This document shows, piece by piece, positions 31,065 to 41,497 of a DNA stretch of 64,000 bases (the stretch's first letter is position 1; every line of letters starts with the position of its first letter). The notes below the pieces were generated by a model. That model saw only the letters and a program-made list of their open reading frames with translations. It was not told where the DNA came from and searched no databases. The position numbers were made by a program, and so were the translations under genes. The stretch covers positions 1,536,001-1,600,000 of the forward strand of contig OZ244960.1 of NCBI GenBank assembly GCA_965222605.1. The letters run 5' to 3'. Origin of the DNA: Candidatus Latescibacterota bacterium. GTDB taxonomy: Bacteria; Latescibacterota; UBA2968.

Positions 31065-32117
31065 ATGAAAATCGCCGTTCTCATCTCCGGTGGTGTCGAT
31101 AGTTCAGTGGCTTTGAACATATTAAAAAATGAAGGCCACGACCTGACGGCATTTTACCTAAAAGTATGGCTCGAAGACGAACTCACTTTTTTGGGGGAGT
31201 GTCCCTGGGAAACAGACCTGAAGTTTGTCCGATCCGTATGCGATCAACTCGATGTACCACTACAAGTAATCTCCCTGCAATCGGAATATCTCGAGCGCGT
31301 GGTATCTTATGCACTCGACGAATTGCGCGACGGACGCACACCCAGTCCAGATATATTTTGCAATCAGCGGATCAAATTCGGCGCATTCTTTGACCACATA
31401 GACAGCAGTTATGAAAAAGTGGCAACCGGACACTACGCACAGATTTCACAGCGCAACGGGACTTTTCATCTAAAACGCGCACCCGACCCCGTCAAAGATC
31501 AGACCTACTTTTTATCCGGCATGTATCAATCACAAGTCGCGCGGGCATTATTTCCCATCGGCAACATGATGAAACGCGAAGTGCGCCAACTGGCACGGGA
31601 TTTTGACCTGCCAAATCAAGCGCGAAAAGACAGCCAGGGAATATGCTTTTTGGGCAAAATCAGATATCCGGATTTTATCGCATTTCACCTGGGCGAAAAA
31701 AAAGGCGATATTATCGACCGAGAAACCGGACAAATTCTGGGACCCCATCGGGGCTACTATTATTACACAATTGGACAGCGGTATGGCCTGGGATTGAGCG
31801 GAGGACCCTGGTACGTCATAAAAAAAGATATCGAGCGCAATATCATCTTTGTATCCCACGCCACGAGACACAAAAATACATCGCGGAACCAATTTGTCGT
31901 GACAAATCCCAATTGGATTGCAGAACCACCTGAAAAAACTGCCCTGCAATTAAAACTGCGCCACGGCCCAGAATTGATCAACTGTGAAATCGAAGCAATG
32001 GATAACGACCAATTATCCGTAACCATGCAAGAAAAAGATTCCGGCATTGCGCCCGGACAATTCGCCGTATTCTACGATGGCGACCTCTGCCTCGGCAGTG
32101 CGGTAATTGATCACTGA
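31065..32117 (+). CDS. mnmA: tRNA 2-thiouridylase
   Basis: SGGVDSS, TPSPDIFCN, ATGHYA, KDQTYFL, DSQGICF, APGQFAVFY. Confidence 0.96.
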   Translation: MKIAVLISGGVDSSVALNILKNEGHDLTAFYLKVWLEDELTFLGECPWETDLKFVRSVCDQLDVPLQVISLQSEYLERVVSYALDELRDGRTPSPDIFCNQRIKFGAFFDHIDSSYEKVATGHYAQISQRNGTFHLKRAPDPVKDQTYFLSGMYQSQVARALFPIGNMMKREVRQLARDFDLPNQARKDSQGICFLGKIRYPDFIAFHLGEKKGDIIDRETGQILGPHRGYYYYTIGQRYGLGLSGGPWYVIKKDIERNIIFVSHATRHKNTSRNQFVVTNPNWIAEPPEKTALQLKLRHGPELINCEIEAMDNDQLSVTMQEKDSGIAPGQFAVFYDGDLCLGSAVIDH

Positions 32118-32142
32118 AACGAAAGAGCATAGGAAACCCAAC

Positions 32143-33087
32143 ATGAACAAAGTAGGACTGGTTCAGCATCCCGATTTTCAAAAACACGACACGGGAGGCG
32201 CGCATCCCGAGCGACCCGAGCGATTAAAAACACTGCATGCCCATCTGGATGCAACGGGCCTGACAAAAGACCTCATAACACTCGAACCCAGACACGTCGA
32301 TACCTCCTGGTTAGAAAAAGCACACACGACCGAGCATATTGCAAATGTAAAAGCGCGATGTACGCAAGGCATCACATATATGGATGATTTCGACACCAGG
32401 ATTTGTCCGCTATCTTTTGACATAGCCCGACTCGCTACTGGCGCTACATTTGAAGCGATTGACGCGGTTATGGACGCACGCGTACACACGGCTTTTTGTG
32501 CCGTGCGCCCTCCCGGGCACCATGCCGAACGCGATCACGCAATGGGATTTTGTCTGTTTAGCAACGCGGTCATTGCCGCGCGATATATTCAAGAAACATA
32601 TTCCCTGGAACGCATAGCAATTGTAGATTGGGATGTACATCACGGCAATGGCACACAGCACATTTTAGAAACCGATCCCTCAGTATTCTTCTTCAGTATC
32701 CACCAATACCCCCATTATCCCGGCACGGGATGGACTGACGAAACCGGTATTGGCGCAGGAGAAGGATTCACATTAAATGCACCCGTGCCCGCAGGCAGCG
32801 ATGACGCAGTGTATTTGCGCATATTCGACGACGTATTTTTACCCGCCATGCACGCATTTAAACCGCAATTTGTCATTATCTCCGCTGGATTTGACGCGCA
32901 CCGGTCCGACCCCTTGTCGGCCACTCAAGTGACAGAATCTGGTTTTGCCGAAATGACAAAGCGCGTGATGGCTGTCGCAAAAGATCACACAGATGGAAGG
33001 CTAATTTCTGTCCTGGAAGGTGGTTATGATCTCGGCGGCCTCTCGCGCAGCGTCGAATCCCATATAAAGGAGCTAATGAATGGGTGA
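32143..33087 (+). CDS. histone deacetylase family protein
   Basis: HPERPER, RPPGHHA, DWDVHHGNGTQ, SAGFDAH, LEGGY. Confidence 0.95.
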   Translation: MNKVGLVQHPDFQKHDTGGAHPERPERLKTLHAHLDATGLTKDLITLEPRHVDTSWLEKAHTTEHIANVKARCTQGITYMDDFDTRICPLSFDIARLATGATFEAIDAVMDARVHTAFCAVRPPGHHAERDHAMGFCLFSNAVIAARYIQETYSLERIAIVDWDVHHGNGTQHILETDPSVFFFSIHQYPHYPGTGWTDETGIGAGEGFTLNAPVPAGSDDAVYLRIFDDVFLPAMHAFKPQFVIISAGFDAHRSDPLSATQVTESGFAEMTKRVMAVAKDHTDGRLISVLEGGYDLGGLSRSVESHIKELMNG

Positions 33088-33970
33088 TACAAAAAAGATA
33101 ATAGTAGCATTTCAAGGGGAACACGGTGCATTCAGTGAAATGGCCGCGCGTTCGTACTTTGGCAAAGATGTCGAAGTCGTACCGCAACGCGATTTTTCAG
33201 CCCTGTTCGCGGCTGTCGCACAAGGAGAGTGTACGCACGGCATGGTACCAATTGAAAATTCATTAATGGGCAGCATTCACGAAAATTACGATCACCTATC
33301 GGCCCACCATTTACAGATCATCGGCGAACTGAAATTGCGCATCGTACACAATCTAATTGTAAATCCAGGAGTGAAATTAGAAGACATCCGCCATATCTAT
33401 TCCCAGGCACCTGCACTGGCTCAGTGTACAAAATTCACGGCATCTCTATCGCAGGCCGAAACGGTTATGACCTCCGATACCGCAGGAGCCGTGAAGGCAT
33501 TGAAAGCATCGGGCGCACGCGATGCGGCTGCTATAGCGAGTGCCCAGGCGGCCTGGGATTACGACCTGGAAATTTTGCAGGCGGGTATTGAAGACGACCA
33601 TCAAAATTACACGCGATTTTTGGTCGTCACACCCGAAGCGCTATTACCTGAAAACCCAGACATCCAAATGCCTGCAAAAACATCAATCGTATTCGCCATG
33701 AAAAATGTGCCCGGCGCATTGTTTAAAAGTCTGAGCGTATTTGCATTGCGCGACCTCAATCTGCTCAAAATCGAATCCCGCCCCCTTGCGGGCAAACCCT
33801 GGGAATACGCCTTCTCGCTCGACTTTGAGGGCCATATCCGTCAAGAACCCTGCGCTCGCGCCATTGAACATCTGCGGGAAATCGCCACCTTTGTAAAAAT
33901 TCTCGGTTCTTATCGACAAGGAGACATGGTCGAAGGCAAAGTTTGGAAACGTACAAAAAATAAAGTGTGA
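33080..33970 (+). CDS. pheA: prephenate dehydratase
   Basis: FQGEHGAFS, PIENS, NYTRF, ACT domain with KIESRP. Confidence 0.93.
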   Translation: MGDTKKIIVAFQGEHGAFSEMAARSYFGKDVEVVPQRDFSALFAAVAQGECTHGMVPIENSLMGSIHENYDHLSAHHLQIIGELKLRIVHNLIVNPGVKLEDIRHIYSQAPALAQCTKFTASLSQAETVMTSDTAGAVKALKASGARDAAAIASAQAAWDYDLEILQAGIEDDHQNYTRFLVVTPEALLPENPDIQMPAKTSIVFAMKNVPGALFKSLSVFALRDLNLLKIESRPLAGKPWEYAFSLDFEGHIRQEPCARAIEHLREIATFVKILGSYRQGDMVEGKVWKRTKNKV

Positions 33971-33981
33971 AAGGATTTTAC

Positions 33982-36108
33982 ATGGCAAGCCAAAGATACG
34001 AAAACCTGTATGCTCAAATAGAAACAGCACTGCGGGAAAAACCAAGACGCACGCAGCTTTACAACGCAGTCAAACGGGCGCGAGATGCACGGCGCACGGC
34101 AATTGATATTTTGCCACAAGGAGAGGCATTTCGAAAAGAAGTCCGCGAAATCAAAGTGCGGTGCCTGCACAAGCTGGACGACCTGGTCAATCAATTTGCC
34201 GCGAAAGTTGAATCGCGTGGGGCAAAGGTCTTTCTCGCAAAAGACGGTGCTGCTGCGATTGACTATATCTTAAAACTATCAGCAGAGAAAAACGCCGGGA
34301 CAGTGGCAAAATCAAAATCGCTAACAAGCGAAGAGATCGAAGTCAATCACCCGATGGAAGACGCGGGCTTAGAAGTAATTGAGACCGACCTCGGCGAGCT
34401 TATTATCCAGAAAGTCCACGAAAAACCATTCCATCTGGTATTTCCCGCTGTGCATAAAACCGCAGTTGAAGTGGCCGATATTTTCAAAAAAGCAACAGGT
34501 GAGGATGTCCCCAGCGATGTGGATGCGATTATGAAAATCGTGCGCAAATACCTGCGACCGATTTTTCTCAACGCCGATATCGGCATGACAGGCGCGAACG
34601 TGGGCGTTGCCGAATCGGGCACAATTCTGATCGAGACCAACGAAGGCAATGCCCGTCTGGTATCGAGCATTCCAGATGTACACATCTGCATTATGGGACG
34701 CGAAAAAGTAGTGGAAACAGTAGATGATGCGTTGCAAATGATGTTGGCACATCCCGTCAGCGCAGTCGGTCAACATACGACAACCTATGTAACGTGGATG
34801 AGTGGCAGGTCGCCTTTGGGGCAGGGCGAGGGACGAGCACCGCGAGAATCGCATATCATTATCCTGGACAATGGTCGCACCAGGATGCAAGAAGACCCCC
34901 TGTTTTCGGACGCACTCAACTGCATCCGCTGCGGCGCCTGTATGAATATCTGCCCGACCTACGGCGTGGTCGGTGGCCATGCATTTGGGTACATATACCC
35001 CGGGCCGATTGGCATACCCTGGACGGCTGAAGTTCACGGCTTAGATAAAGCAGGCGACTTCGCCCCGCTGTGTATTTCGTGTGGGTTGTGTAAAGAAATA
35101 TGCCCGGCAGAAATCGATATCCCGATGATGATTGCCGGGGTAAAAGACCGCGACAGCGAAGTGAATCCGCATCCGCGCGTCAATAAAATGCTGATGGCCG
35201 CTGAAAAAGCCGCAAAAATGGGCAGTTTGACAGCCCCCATATCCAACTGGATGATAGGCAATGGGCTGGTGCGATGGGTAATGGAAAAAGCAATGAGCAT
35301 TGATCGGCGGCGCCAGCTACCCAAATTCAGCCGAAAAACACTCGTGAAACGCTTCGCAAAACGCGGGCCGTCTCCCGTATCGAACCCCGTTCGCAAAGTG
35401 GCCTTTTTTACAGACCTATTTGCCAATTACAACGACCCCGACCTGGGAATGGCGGCAATCGAACGCCTGGAAGCACTCGGTTGCGAGGTCATCATCCCAC
35501 CTCAGAAAAGCAGCGGATACCCCTATATCGGCTACGGCGACCTGAAAAATGCGAAAAAAACTGCGCGCGAGAACGTGGATCTCCTCTTGCCCTATATACA
35601 GCAGGGCTATGAAGTAGTTGCAACAGAACCCACGGCAACGTATTGCCTGAAAATTTCATACCCCAAATTGCTCGATAAAGCAGACGATGTCGTTTCTGTC
35701 GCCAATCACACGTATGAATTCTTCGAGTTTTTATCCCTGCTCGAAAGCGATATTGCAGATGGTGAGCAGGATACTCTGCGCGGACGAGCATTTGGATTCC
35801 ACATCCCTTGCCACCAGCGTCCTCTGGGTGAAGGGGAACACGCAATGGCATTCTTGCGCCAGCGCGGTGCAGACGTCGCCCTCATCGAAACAGGCACCTG
35901 CTGTGGTATGGCGGGAACATTTGGCCTGAAAGTCGGACCCCTCGGTTACGAACTCGCGCAGGCTGTTGGAGAACCACTCTTCGAAAGTTTTCGCGAAGCC
36001 GATGTAGAAGCCATCATAACAGAAAGCAGCGTGTGCGCCATCCACCTCTCAGAAGGAACCGATCTCGCAGTCTGGCATCCGTTGAATCTGCTTCGTCTCC
36101 TGAAGTAG
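33982..36108 (+). CDS. LutB-like LUD + 4Fe-4S protein fused to CCG (GlpC-like) domains
   Basis: KSKSLTSEE, ETDLGE, TNEGN, CIRCGACMNICP, CISCGLCKEICP, HIPCH, CCGMAGTFG. Confidence 0.85.
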   Translation: MASQRYENLYAQIETALREKPRRTQLYNAVKRARDARRTAIDILPQGEAFRKEVREIKVRCLHKLDDLVNQFAAKVESRGAKVFLAKDGAAAIDYILKLSAEKNAGTVAKSKSLTSEEIEVNHPMEDAGLEVIETDLGELIIQKVHEKPFHLVFPAVHKTAVEVADIFKKATGEDVPSDVDAIMKIVRKYLRPIFLNADIGMTGANVGVAESGTILIETNEGNARLVSSIPDVHICIMGREKVVETVDDALQMMLAHPVSAVGQHTTTYVTWMSGRSPLGQGEGRAPRESHIIILDNGRTRMQEDPLFSDALNCIRCGACMNICPTYGVVGGHAFGYIYPGPIGIPWTAEVHGLDKAGDFAPLCISCGLCKEICPAEIDIPMMIAGVKDRDSEVNPHPRVNKMLMAAEKAAKMGSLTAPISNWMIGNGLVRWVMEKAMSIDRRRQLPKFSRKTLVKRFAKRGPSPVSNPVRKVAFFTDLFANYNDPDLGMAAIERLEALGCEVIIPPQKSSGYPYIGYGDLKNAKKTARENVDLLLPYIQQGYEVVATEPTATYCLKISYPKLLDKADDVVSVANHTYEFFEFLSLLESDIADGEQDTLRGRAFGFHIPCHQRPLGEGEHAMAFLRQRGADVALIETGTCCGMAGTFGLKVGPLGYELAQAVGEPLFESFREADVEAIITESSVCAIHLSEGTDLAVWHPLNLLRLLK

Positions 36109-36138
36109 AAACAAAAAGTGCAATCCATTAAAAAAAAC

Positions 36139-36175
36139 TTGCATTTTAACACAAGTGTATTATATTAGTAATACA
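36139..36175 (+). promoter_or_regulatory. sigma70 promoter with overlapping GntR/YtrA-type palindromic operator
   Basis: TTGCAT-16-TATATT; operator TGTATTA-tattag-TAATACA at 36156-36175. Confidence 0.7.
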
Positions 36176-36201
36176 GTAATTCACCTATAAGAGAATACCT
36201 C

Positions 36202-36597
36202 ATGTTGATCTCGATTGACCATCATAATGGCATCCCCGTTTTCCGTCAGATTATCGACCAGGTGAAATTTCATGTGGTCAGCGGGCTGCTCGCGCCGGGT
36301 GACGAGTTGCTCTCAACCCGTGCATTATCGGGGCGACTGGGACTCAACCCAATGACAGTGAGCAAAGCGTACAGCCTGTTGGAAGCAGAGGGATTGGTCG
36401 AGCGGCGGCGCGGGCGACCTTTGACTGTAAAACCCTTACGAGATCAGACCGTACACGCTGAAAAACTGGCACAACTCAAACCACAACTCACGCAATTGGC
36501 AACAATGGTTCGACAGTTAGGGGTTGATCGGGCGGAAGTCGTGGATCTTTTCATCTCCATATTAAATGCCCTGGAGGAAGATAATCATGATACCTGA
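36202..36597 (+). CDS. GntR (YtrA subfamily) regulator
   Basis: PVFRQIIDQ, STRALS, NPMTVSKAYSLLE; short C-terminal domain. Confidence 0.93.
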   Translation: MLISIDHHNGIPVFRQIIDQVKFHVVSGLLAPGDELLSTRALSGRLGLNPMTVSKAYSLLEAEGLVERRRGRPLTVKPLRDQTVHAEKLAQLKPQLTQLATMVRQLGVDRAEVVDLFISILNALEEDNHDT

Positions 36598-37477
36598 CCA
36601 GACATCTGTATTTGAAGCCACATCTTTGACCAAAAAATTCGGTGACACCATAGCTCTCAATTCCGTAACGCTCTCTCTTGGGGCGCATCGAGTAATTGGA
36701 TTGATCGGACGAAATGGCGGAGGCAAAACCACCTTAATCCGGCACATGATTGGCCTGTATTTGCCCACAGAGGGAACGTGTAAAACACTGGGACGCGCGT
36801 GCGATCAATTGGGAGCAACCGAGCTTTCGCGCATGGGTGTGGTACACCAGGAAAATCAATTTTTCGAATGGATGACCGTCGAACAGCATCTGCACTATGT
36901 AGCCTCGTTTTACGAGGTCTGGGACCGCGATCTAGAAGCGCATCTGCTGCGCGAACTCGAACTGGAAACATCCGCGCGCGTGGGCAACCTGTCTTCGGGT
37001 AACATGCAAAAACTGGGCATTATTCTGGCAGTGTGTCATCATCCCGAGCTATTGATCTTAGATGAGCCAGCCAGTGGCCTGGATCCTATCGCGCGAGAGA
37101 CATTGTTGAAATTTTTGATGACACTTTTGGCTGAGGACGAAAACACAATTTTGATCTCCTCGCATATTCTGCGAGACATCGAAAAAATCGTGGATTGGGT
37201 CGTATGTCTCGACGAAGGTAAGGTCAAAGCCGACAAATCGCTGGACGATCTGCACCAGACCTATGCGAAGTGGACAGTAACGGGAAGCAATTTGCCCCAG
37301 CGATTTTCTGAACCTTATATCCTGTCGCAAACAGTGAACGGGGTACAAGCACATTTGATAGTCAATCAAGCACTGGGCAATGCAGATCAATTCAAGCAAA
37401 CTCATCGGGCTGATATCACCAGTCAGGCACTGAACCTCGACCAACTATTTCCCATCCTGATTCGAGAGGGTATGTAA
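36587..37477 (+). CDS. ABC-2 type transporter ATPase (YtrB-like)
   Basis: GRNGGGKTT, LSSGNMQK, LDEPASGLD, ISSHIL. Confidence 0.92.
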   Translation: MIPDQTSVFEATSLTKKFGDTIALNSVTLSLGAHRVIGLIGRNGGGKTTLIRHMIGLYLPTEGTCKTLGRACDQLGATELSRMGVVHQENQFFEWMTVEQHLHYVASFYEVWDRDLEAHLLRELELETSARVGNLSSGNMQKLGIILAVCHHPELLILDEPASGLDPIARETLLKFLMTLLAEDENTILISSHILRDIEKIVDWVVCLDEGKVKADKSLDDLHQTYAKWTVTGSNLPQRFSEPYILSQTVNGVQAHLIVNQALGNADQFKQTHRADITSQALNLDQLFPILIREGM

Positions 37478-38943
37478 TGGGCATTCTTCCATTTTTCACA
37501 TTTTTGCGAAGCCCTGTTTACATTCTCATCGCACTTTTTGCATATCTGTTGCTCGCCTATGTCTTGTCGTCTTCCCAAGCAGATCGGATCTCTGTATTCG
37601 TTTTGTTTTTCTTTATTGAATTTTGGGGCGGGACTATCGGCAGTATGGTAGGAGAGAACCAGTATCGGATGCTCACATGGACCCTGCCGCATTTTCGCAA
37701 GCGTCTGCTAATCTGGTCGGCAATAGTCGGACTATTTTCCATTATAGCGTGGACGGCTGCGCTGACGTTTGCACCCCTCAATGCGTCCTGGTCAACGATT
37801 TTGCTATTGAATCTGAGCCTCTTTTGTATCGGATTTGCCTTTTCAGGAGGTTGGAGCTTTGGTATCCAGCACCTCAGATTGGTTTCCATGTGCCGGACCT
37901 TCATCGTGTTCCTGGGGCTGGCATTAGCCTATTGGTGGCAAGAGGTACTCGCTTTTGGAGAGCAACAAAAGTTGGGGTTGGCTCTCATCGCATCCGCTAT
38001 CGCAATTGGAGCTTATTATTTCGCCTTTAACCAGACAACTTTTCGGAGGAAGCCATTTTTTTTCGTTCTTCCACTGCGCTTAACCCTTTTTCCTCAAACC
38101 CGAGAGATTTGGGAAAAAAATAGATTGAACAGGCGAAAGGTGAGTACCAGGGTATGGCATCTCGATCACATCGGTACAGGCATCTTCAATTGGCTGCGTG
38201 CTGGGCGGTATGAAAGTTCTGGTCTGGGTGGGTGGAGATGGCCTCTTTCCGCGTTTACTGCAGTATTGGCAATGGTGTTTTTCTTCATTGGCATGATAAC
38301 GTCTATGTTCGGGTTGTCGGATCGGTCTCCGTACGATTTTGAGACGCTATTAAAAACGATTTATCACATGATTTTTTATTTTGAACAGTTGGACTCCAAG
38401 GTCACAGGGGATATATTCGGCGCAGTGTTTGTCGGCATTTGTATGTATCTCTTTATTCCTCCTATTTCATTAAACAAAGGGTACGTCTATCCGCTTTCTC
38501 GCACCCAGCGGATGTGGATTCGGTATAGCAGTTTGCTGCTGCAAAATATTTCTTTTTTTGCAGCATCTATTCTGGTATTGGGTGTTCTGGGCATCCTGGC
38601 GGGAGCAAAGATCGGGTTTGTGTCTGAAGGAGATATTTCCCTGAGAATACTTTGTGTCCTTGGGTGGTGGGTCGTTCTGTTACCGATGTTGCAGTGGTTA
38701 CAAGTCAAATATGACCTGTATGAATTTCAAAGAACTCGGCGACAGATATGTGGGATGGCTTTTCTGCTCCTGGTCATGATTTTGTCTTTTGGAATCGCTG
38801 GTTTTACCAGTCTGATGCGTACCCGATATCCCGATTTGATGTTGACCTATGAAGCGCCGATCCTTTTTGTCTGTTTTATTTTTCTGCAATGGTTCCTATT
38901 GAGTCGGCTCAAACGGTATTATGCGACACAGGATCTGGTTTAG
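37477..38943 (+). CDS. putative ABC permease, copy 1 (about 12 TM)
   Basis: Two blocks of hydrophobic helices; coupled to the ATPase stop (TAATG). Confidence 0.8.
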   Translation: MGILPFFTFLRSPVYILIALFAYLLLAYVLSSSQADRISVFVLFFFIEFWGGTIGSMVGENQYRMLTWTLPHFRKRLLIWSAIVGLFSIIAWTAALTFAPLNASWSTILLLNLSLFCIGFAFSGGWSFGIQHLRLVSMCRTFIVFLGLALAYWWQEVLAFGEQQKLGLALIASAIAIGAYYFAFNQTTFRRKPFFFVLPLRLTLFPQTREIWEKNRLNRRKVSTRVWHLDHIGTGIFNWLRAGRYESSGLGGWRWPLSAFTAVLAMVFFFIGMITSMFGLSDRSPYDFETLLKTIYHMIFYFEQLDSKVTGDIFGAVFVGICMYLFIPPISLNKGYVYPLSRTQRMWIRYSSLLLQNISFFAASILVLGVLGILAGAKIGFVSEGDISLRILCVLGWWVVLLPMLQWLQVKYDLYEFQRTRRQICGMAFLLLVMILSFGIAGFTSLMRTRYPDLMLTYEAPILFVCFIFLQWFLLSRLKRYYATQDLV

Positions 38944-38981
38944 TAACCAGGTGGTTTAACTTTATCAGGAGGGAATGTGAA

Positions 38982-39845
38982 ATGAAACGTATAATTCTTT
39001 TTTTGGGGGCATACCTGTTGAGCATTCATGTGGCAGTAGCCCAGGATACAACACAGGAAACACAAAATATATGCCAGCTTAATTTTCACAATTTCGAAAT
39101 TGAAGATAGCAAAAAAGAAGAGATAGAACGCGGCGTACGAATGATGATCAAGATTTACAAAAATGTCTTTGATTTCAACGTATCTAAAAATTTTCAGATT
39201 GCGTTTCAGATATTTGGTGACCGTAACGATTATATCAAATATCGAGATGAAAATAGTGGTTCGAGTTCTGGGGTAGGATATTATGCTGTTGGAGAGAAAA
39301 AGGCAGTGATCGGACAATATTGTGATCGTTGTAATTGTTACATCAAGACCATATATCACGAAGCAAGTCACGCGATCTTGCATGAGCATTTATGGCATCC
39401 CAAATGGCTGCAAGAAGGCATAGCAGAGTATTTTGAGATGATAGAGGTATATGACGATAAAGTGGTTATTGGTTTTTCACCCGATCGTGACAAGGCGTGT
39501 CAAGAGTGGCTGGAAGAAGATCAATTGATGCCATTAAATGATCTCTTAACCCTGTCTAAATCTCAGTTCAACAAACAAAATTCCAAAATGCGGTCCCAGG
39601 CATGGTCATTTATTTATTTTCTAATGTCATCAAAAGAGGGGCAAAGCATTCTCAAGAATCTAATCTGGGAGATGAATCAGGCAGCGGGGGCGAAACCGAG
39701 TATATGGAATAGGCTCAGATTTAATTTCCTTTACGATAATCGGGAAATCGTGGAACGCGCAATACCACAGGGGATTGAGGCTTTGGATCAAAAATGGCGG
39801 GCATGGATACCACAGCAACGAGAGAAACAGGAGTTTCTTTTTTAG
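38982..39845 (+). CDS. secreted gluzincin metallopeptidase (DUF1570/peptidase MA-like)
   Basis: Signal peptide ending AVA-Q; YHEASH...PKWLQEGIAEYFE; AWSFIYFLM. Confidence 0.8.
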   Translation: MKRIILFLGAYLLSIHVAVAQDTTQETQNICQLNFHNFEIEDSKKEEIERGVRMMIKIYKNVFDFNVSKNFQIAFQIFGDRNDYIKYRDENSGSSSGVGYYAVGEKKAVIGQYCDRCNCYIKTIYHEASHAILHEHLWHPKWLQEGIAEYFEMIEVYDDKVVIGFSPDRDKACQEWLEEDQLMPLNDLLTLSKSQFNKQNSKMRSQAWSFIYFLMSSKEGQSILKNLIWEMNQAAGAKPSIWNRLRFNFLYDNREIVERAIPQGIEALDQKWRAWIPQQREKQEFLF

Positions 39846-39918
39846 CGTTCAGTAAACTCACATTGGGAGATTGAGATGGCGTATCCAAATCTAAAGCAGT
39901 CTATTTGGCTGCTGGTAT

Positions 39919-40013
39919 TGAGGACGAAAACACAATTTTGATCTCCTCGCATATCTTGCGAGATACTAAATCTCGACCAGCTATTTCCCATCCTGATTCA
40001 GGAGGGTATGTAA
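39919..40013 (+). pseudogene. internally deleted remnant of a duplicated ABC ATPase 3' end
   Basis: 39919-39963 matches 37132-37176 and 39965-40013 matches 37429-37477. Confidence 0.8.
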
Positions 40014-41497
40014 TGGGCATTTTTCCATTTTTCACATTTTTCCGAAGCCCTGTTTACATTCTCATCGCACTTTTTGCATATCTGTTGCTCGCCTATGTCT
40101 CGTGGACTGCCGACAGAGATCAGTTCTTTGTGTTTCTCGTATTTCTGTTGTTTTTCTTCAGTGGATTTTGGGGCTATACTATCGGCGGTATTATAGCGGA
40201 GAACCAGCATCGCATGCTCACCTGGACCCTGCCACATTTTCGCAAGCGTCTGATGGTGTGGTCAATAATTGTCGGACTATTTTCCGTTGTAGCGTGGACG
40301 GCTGCGCTGACGTTTGCTCCCCTCAATGTGTCCTGGTCAACAATCTTGCTAATAAATTTGAGTTTTTATTATTTCGGATTTGTCTGTACAGCGGGTTGGG
40401 ATTTTGGTGTTTATCATTCTATGTTGATCCAGGCAGGTCAGACCATGCTATTTTTTTTATTTCTCGTATTGGCTTTTTTTTGGCAAGAGGTGCTCGCCTT
40501 TGGAGAGCAACAAAACTTGGGGTTGGTTTTCATCGCATTTGCCATCACAATTGCGGCTTATTATTTTTCGTTTAAGCAGACAACTTTTCGGAGAAAGCCT
40601 CTTTCCTTGTTATGGTCACCGAGATCGGTTTTTTATCCTCATATCTGGGAGATGTGGAAAAGGGATGCGATGAAGAGGCGAAAGGCGAGTACCAGGGTAT
40701 GGCATCTCGATCACATCGGTACAGGCATCTTCAATTGGCTGCGTGCGGGCCGGTATGAAAATAGTGGTGGCAAGCTATGGCTATGGCTGCTTCCCGGGTT
40801 TAGTGCAGTATTGGCAATGGTGTTCTATTTCATTGGCATAATGACGCATGGATTCGGGATATTGGATCGGTCTCCTTACGATTTTGAGACGGTATTGAAA
40901 ACGGTTTATCACATGACCTTTTATTTTGACCAGTTGGACTCTAAAATCGCCATCAATATATCTCTTTCAGCGTTTGTCGGCATTTGGGCGTATATGACGT
41001 ATATTTGGAGTCATCCTTTTTTTCTAAAAAAAGGGTATATTTATCCGCTTTCTCGCACCCAGCGGATGTGGATTTGGTATTGTGGTTTTCTGGTGCAAAA
41101 TATTTCTTTTTTTATAGTATCTATACTGGTGTTGGGCGTTCTGGGCATCCTGGCGGGGGCAAAGATCGGATTTGTATCTGAAGGGGATATTTCCTTGAGA
41201 ATACTTTGTGTTTTTGGGTGGGCAGTGGTTCTTTGGCCGATGTTTCAGTGGTTACAAGTCAAATATCACCTGTATGAATTTCCAAGAACGCGGCGACAAA
41301 TATGGGGAGTGGCTTTTCTGCTCCTAATCATGATTTTGGCTTGTGGAATCGCTGGTTTTGCCGCTCTGATGCGTGTCCGATATCCCGATTTGATGCTGAT
41401 CTATGAAGTGCCGATTCTTTTTGTCTGTTTTATTCTTTTGCAATGGTTCCTATTGAGTCGGCTCAAACGGTATTACGCGACACAGGACCTGATTTAG
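40013..41497 (+). CDS. putative ABC permease, copy 2 (paralog of 37477-38943)
   Basis: Near-identical termini and internal blocks, e.g. STRVWHLDHIGTGIFNWLRAGRYE. Confidence 0.8.
   Translation: MGIFPFFTFFRSPVYILIALFAYLLLAYVSWTADRDQFFVFLVFLLFFFSGFWGYTIGGIIAENQHRMLTWTLPHFRKRLMVWSIIVGLFSVVAWTAALTFAPLNVSWSTILLINLSFYYFGFVCTAGWDFGVYHSMLIQAGQTMLFFLFLVLAFFWQEVLAFGEQQNLGLVFIAFAITIAAYYFSFKQTTFRRKPLSLLWSPRSVFYPHIWEMWKRDAMKRRKASTRVWHLDHIGTGIFNWLRAGRYENSGGKLWLWLLPGFSAVLAMVFYFIGIMTHGFGILDRSPYDFETVLKTVYHMTFYFDQLDSKIAINISLSAFVGIWAYMTYIWSHPFFLKKGYIYPLSRTQRMWIWYCGFLVQNISFFIVSILVLGVLGILAGAKIGFVSEGDISLRILCVFGWAVVLWPMFQWLQVKYHLYEFPRTRRQIWGVAFLLLIMILACGIAGFAALMRVRYPDLMLIYEVPILFVCFILLQWFLLSRLKRYYATQDLI

Noticed and set aside
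37477-41497. Permease pair as DGR template and variable repeats
   Set aside because: Differences are not adenine-specific (C/T and G/C changes near the start), span whole genes, and no reverse transcriptase is present
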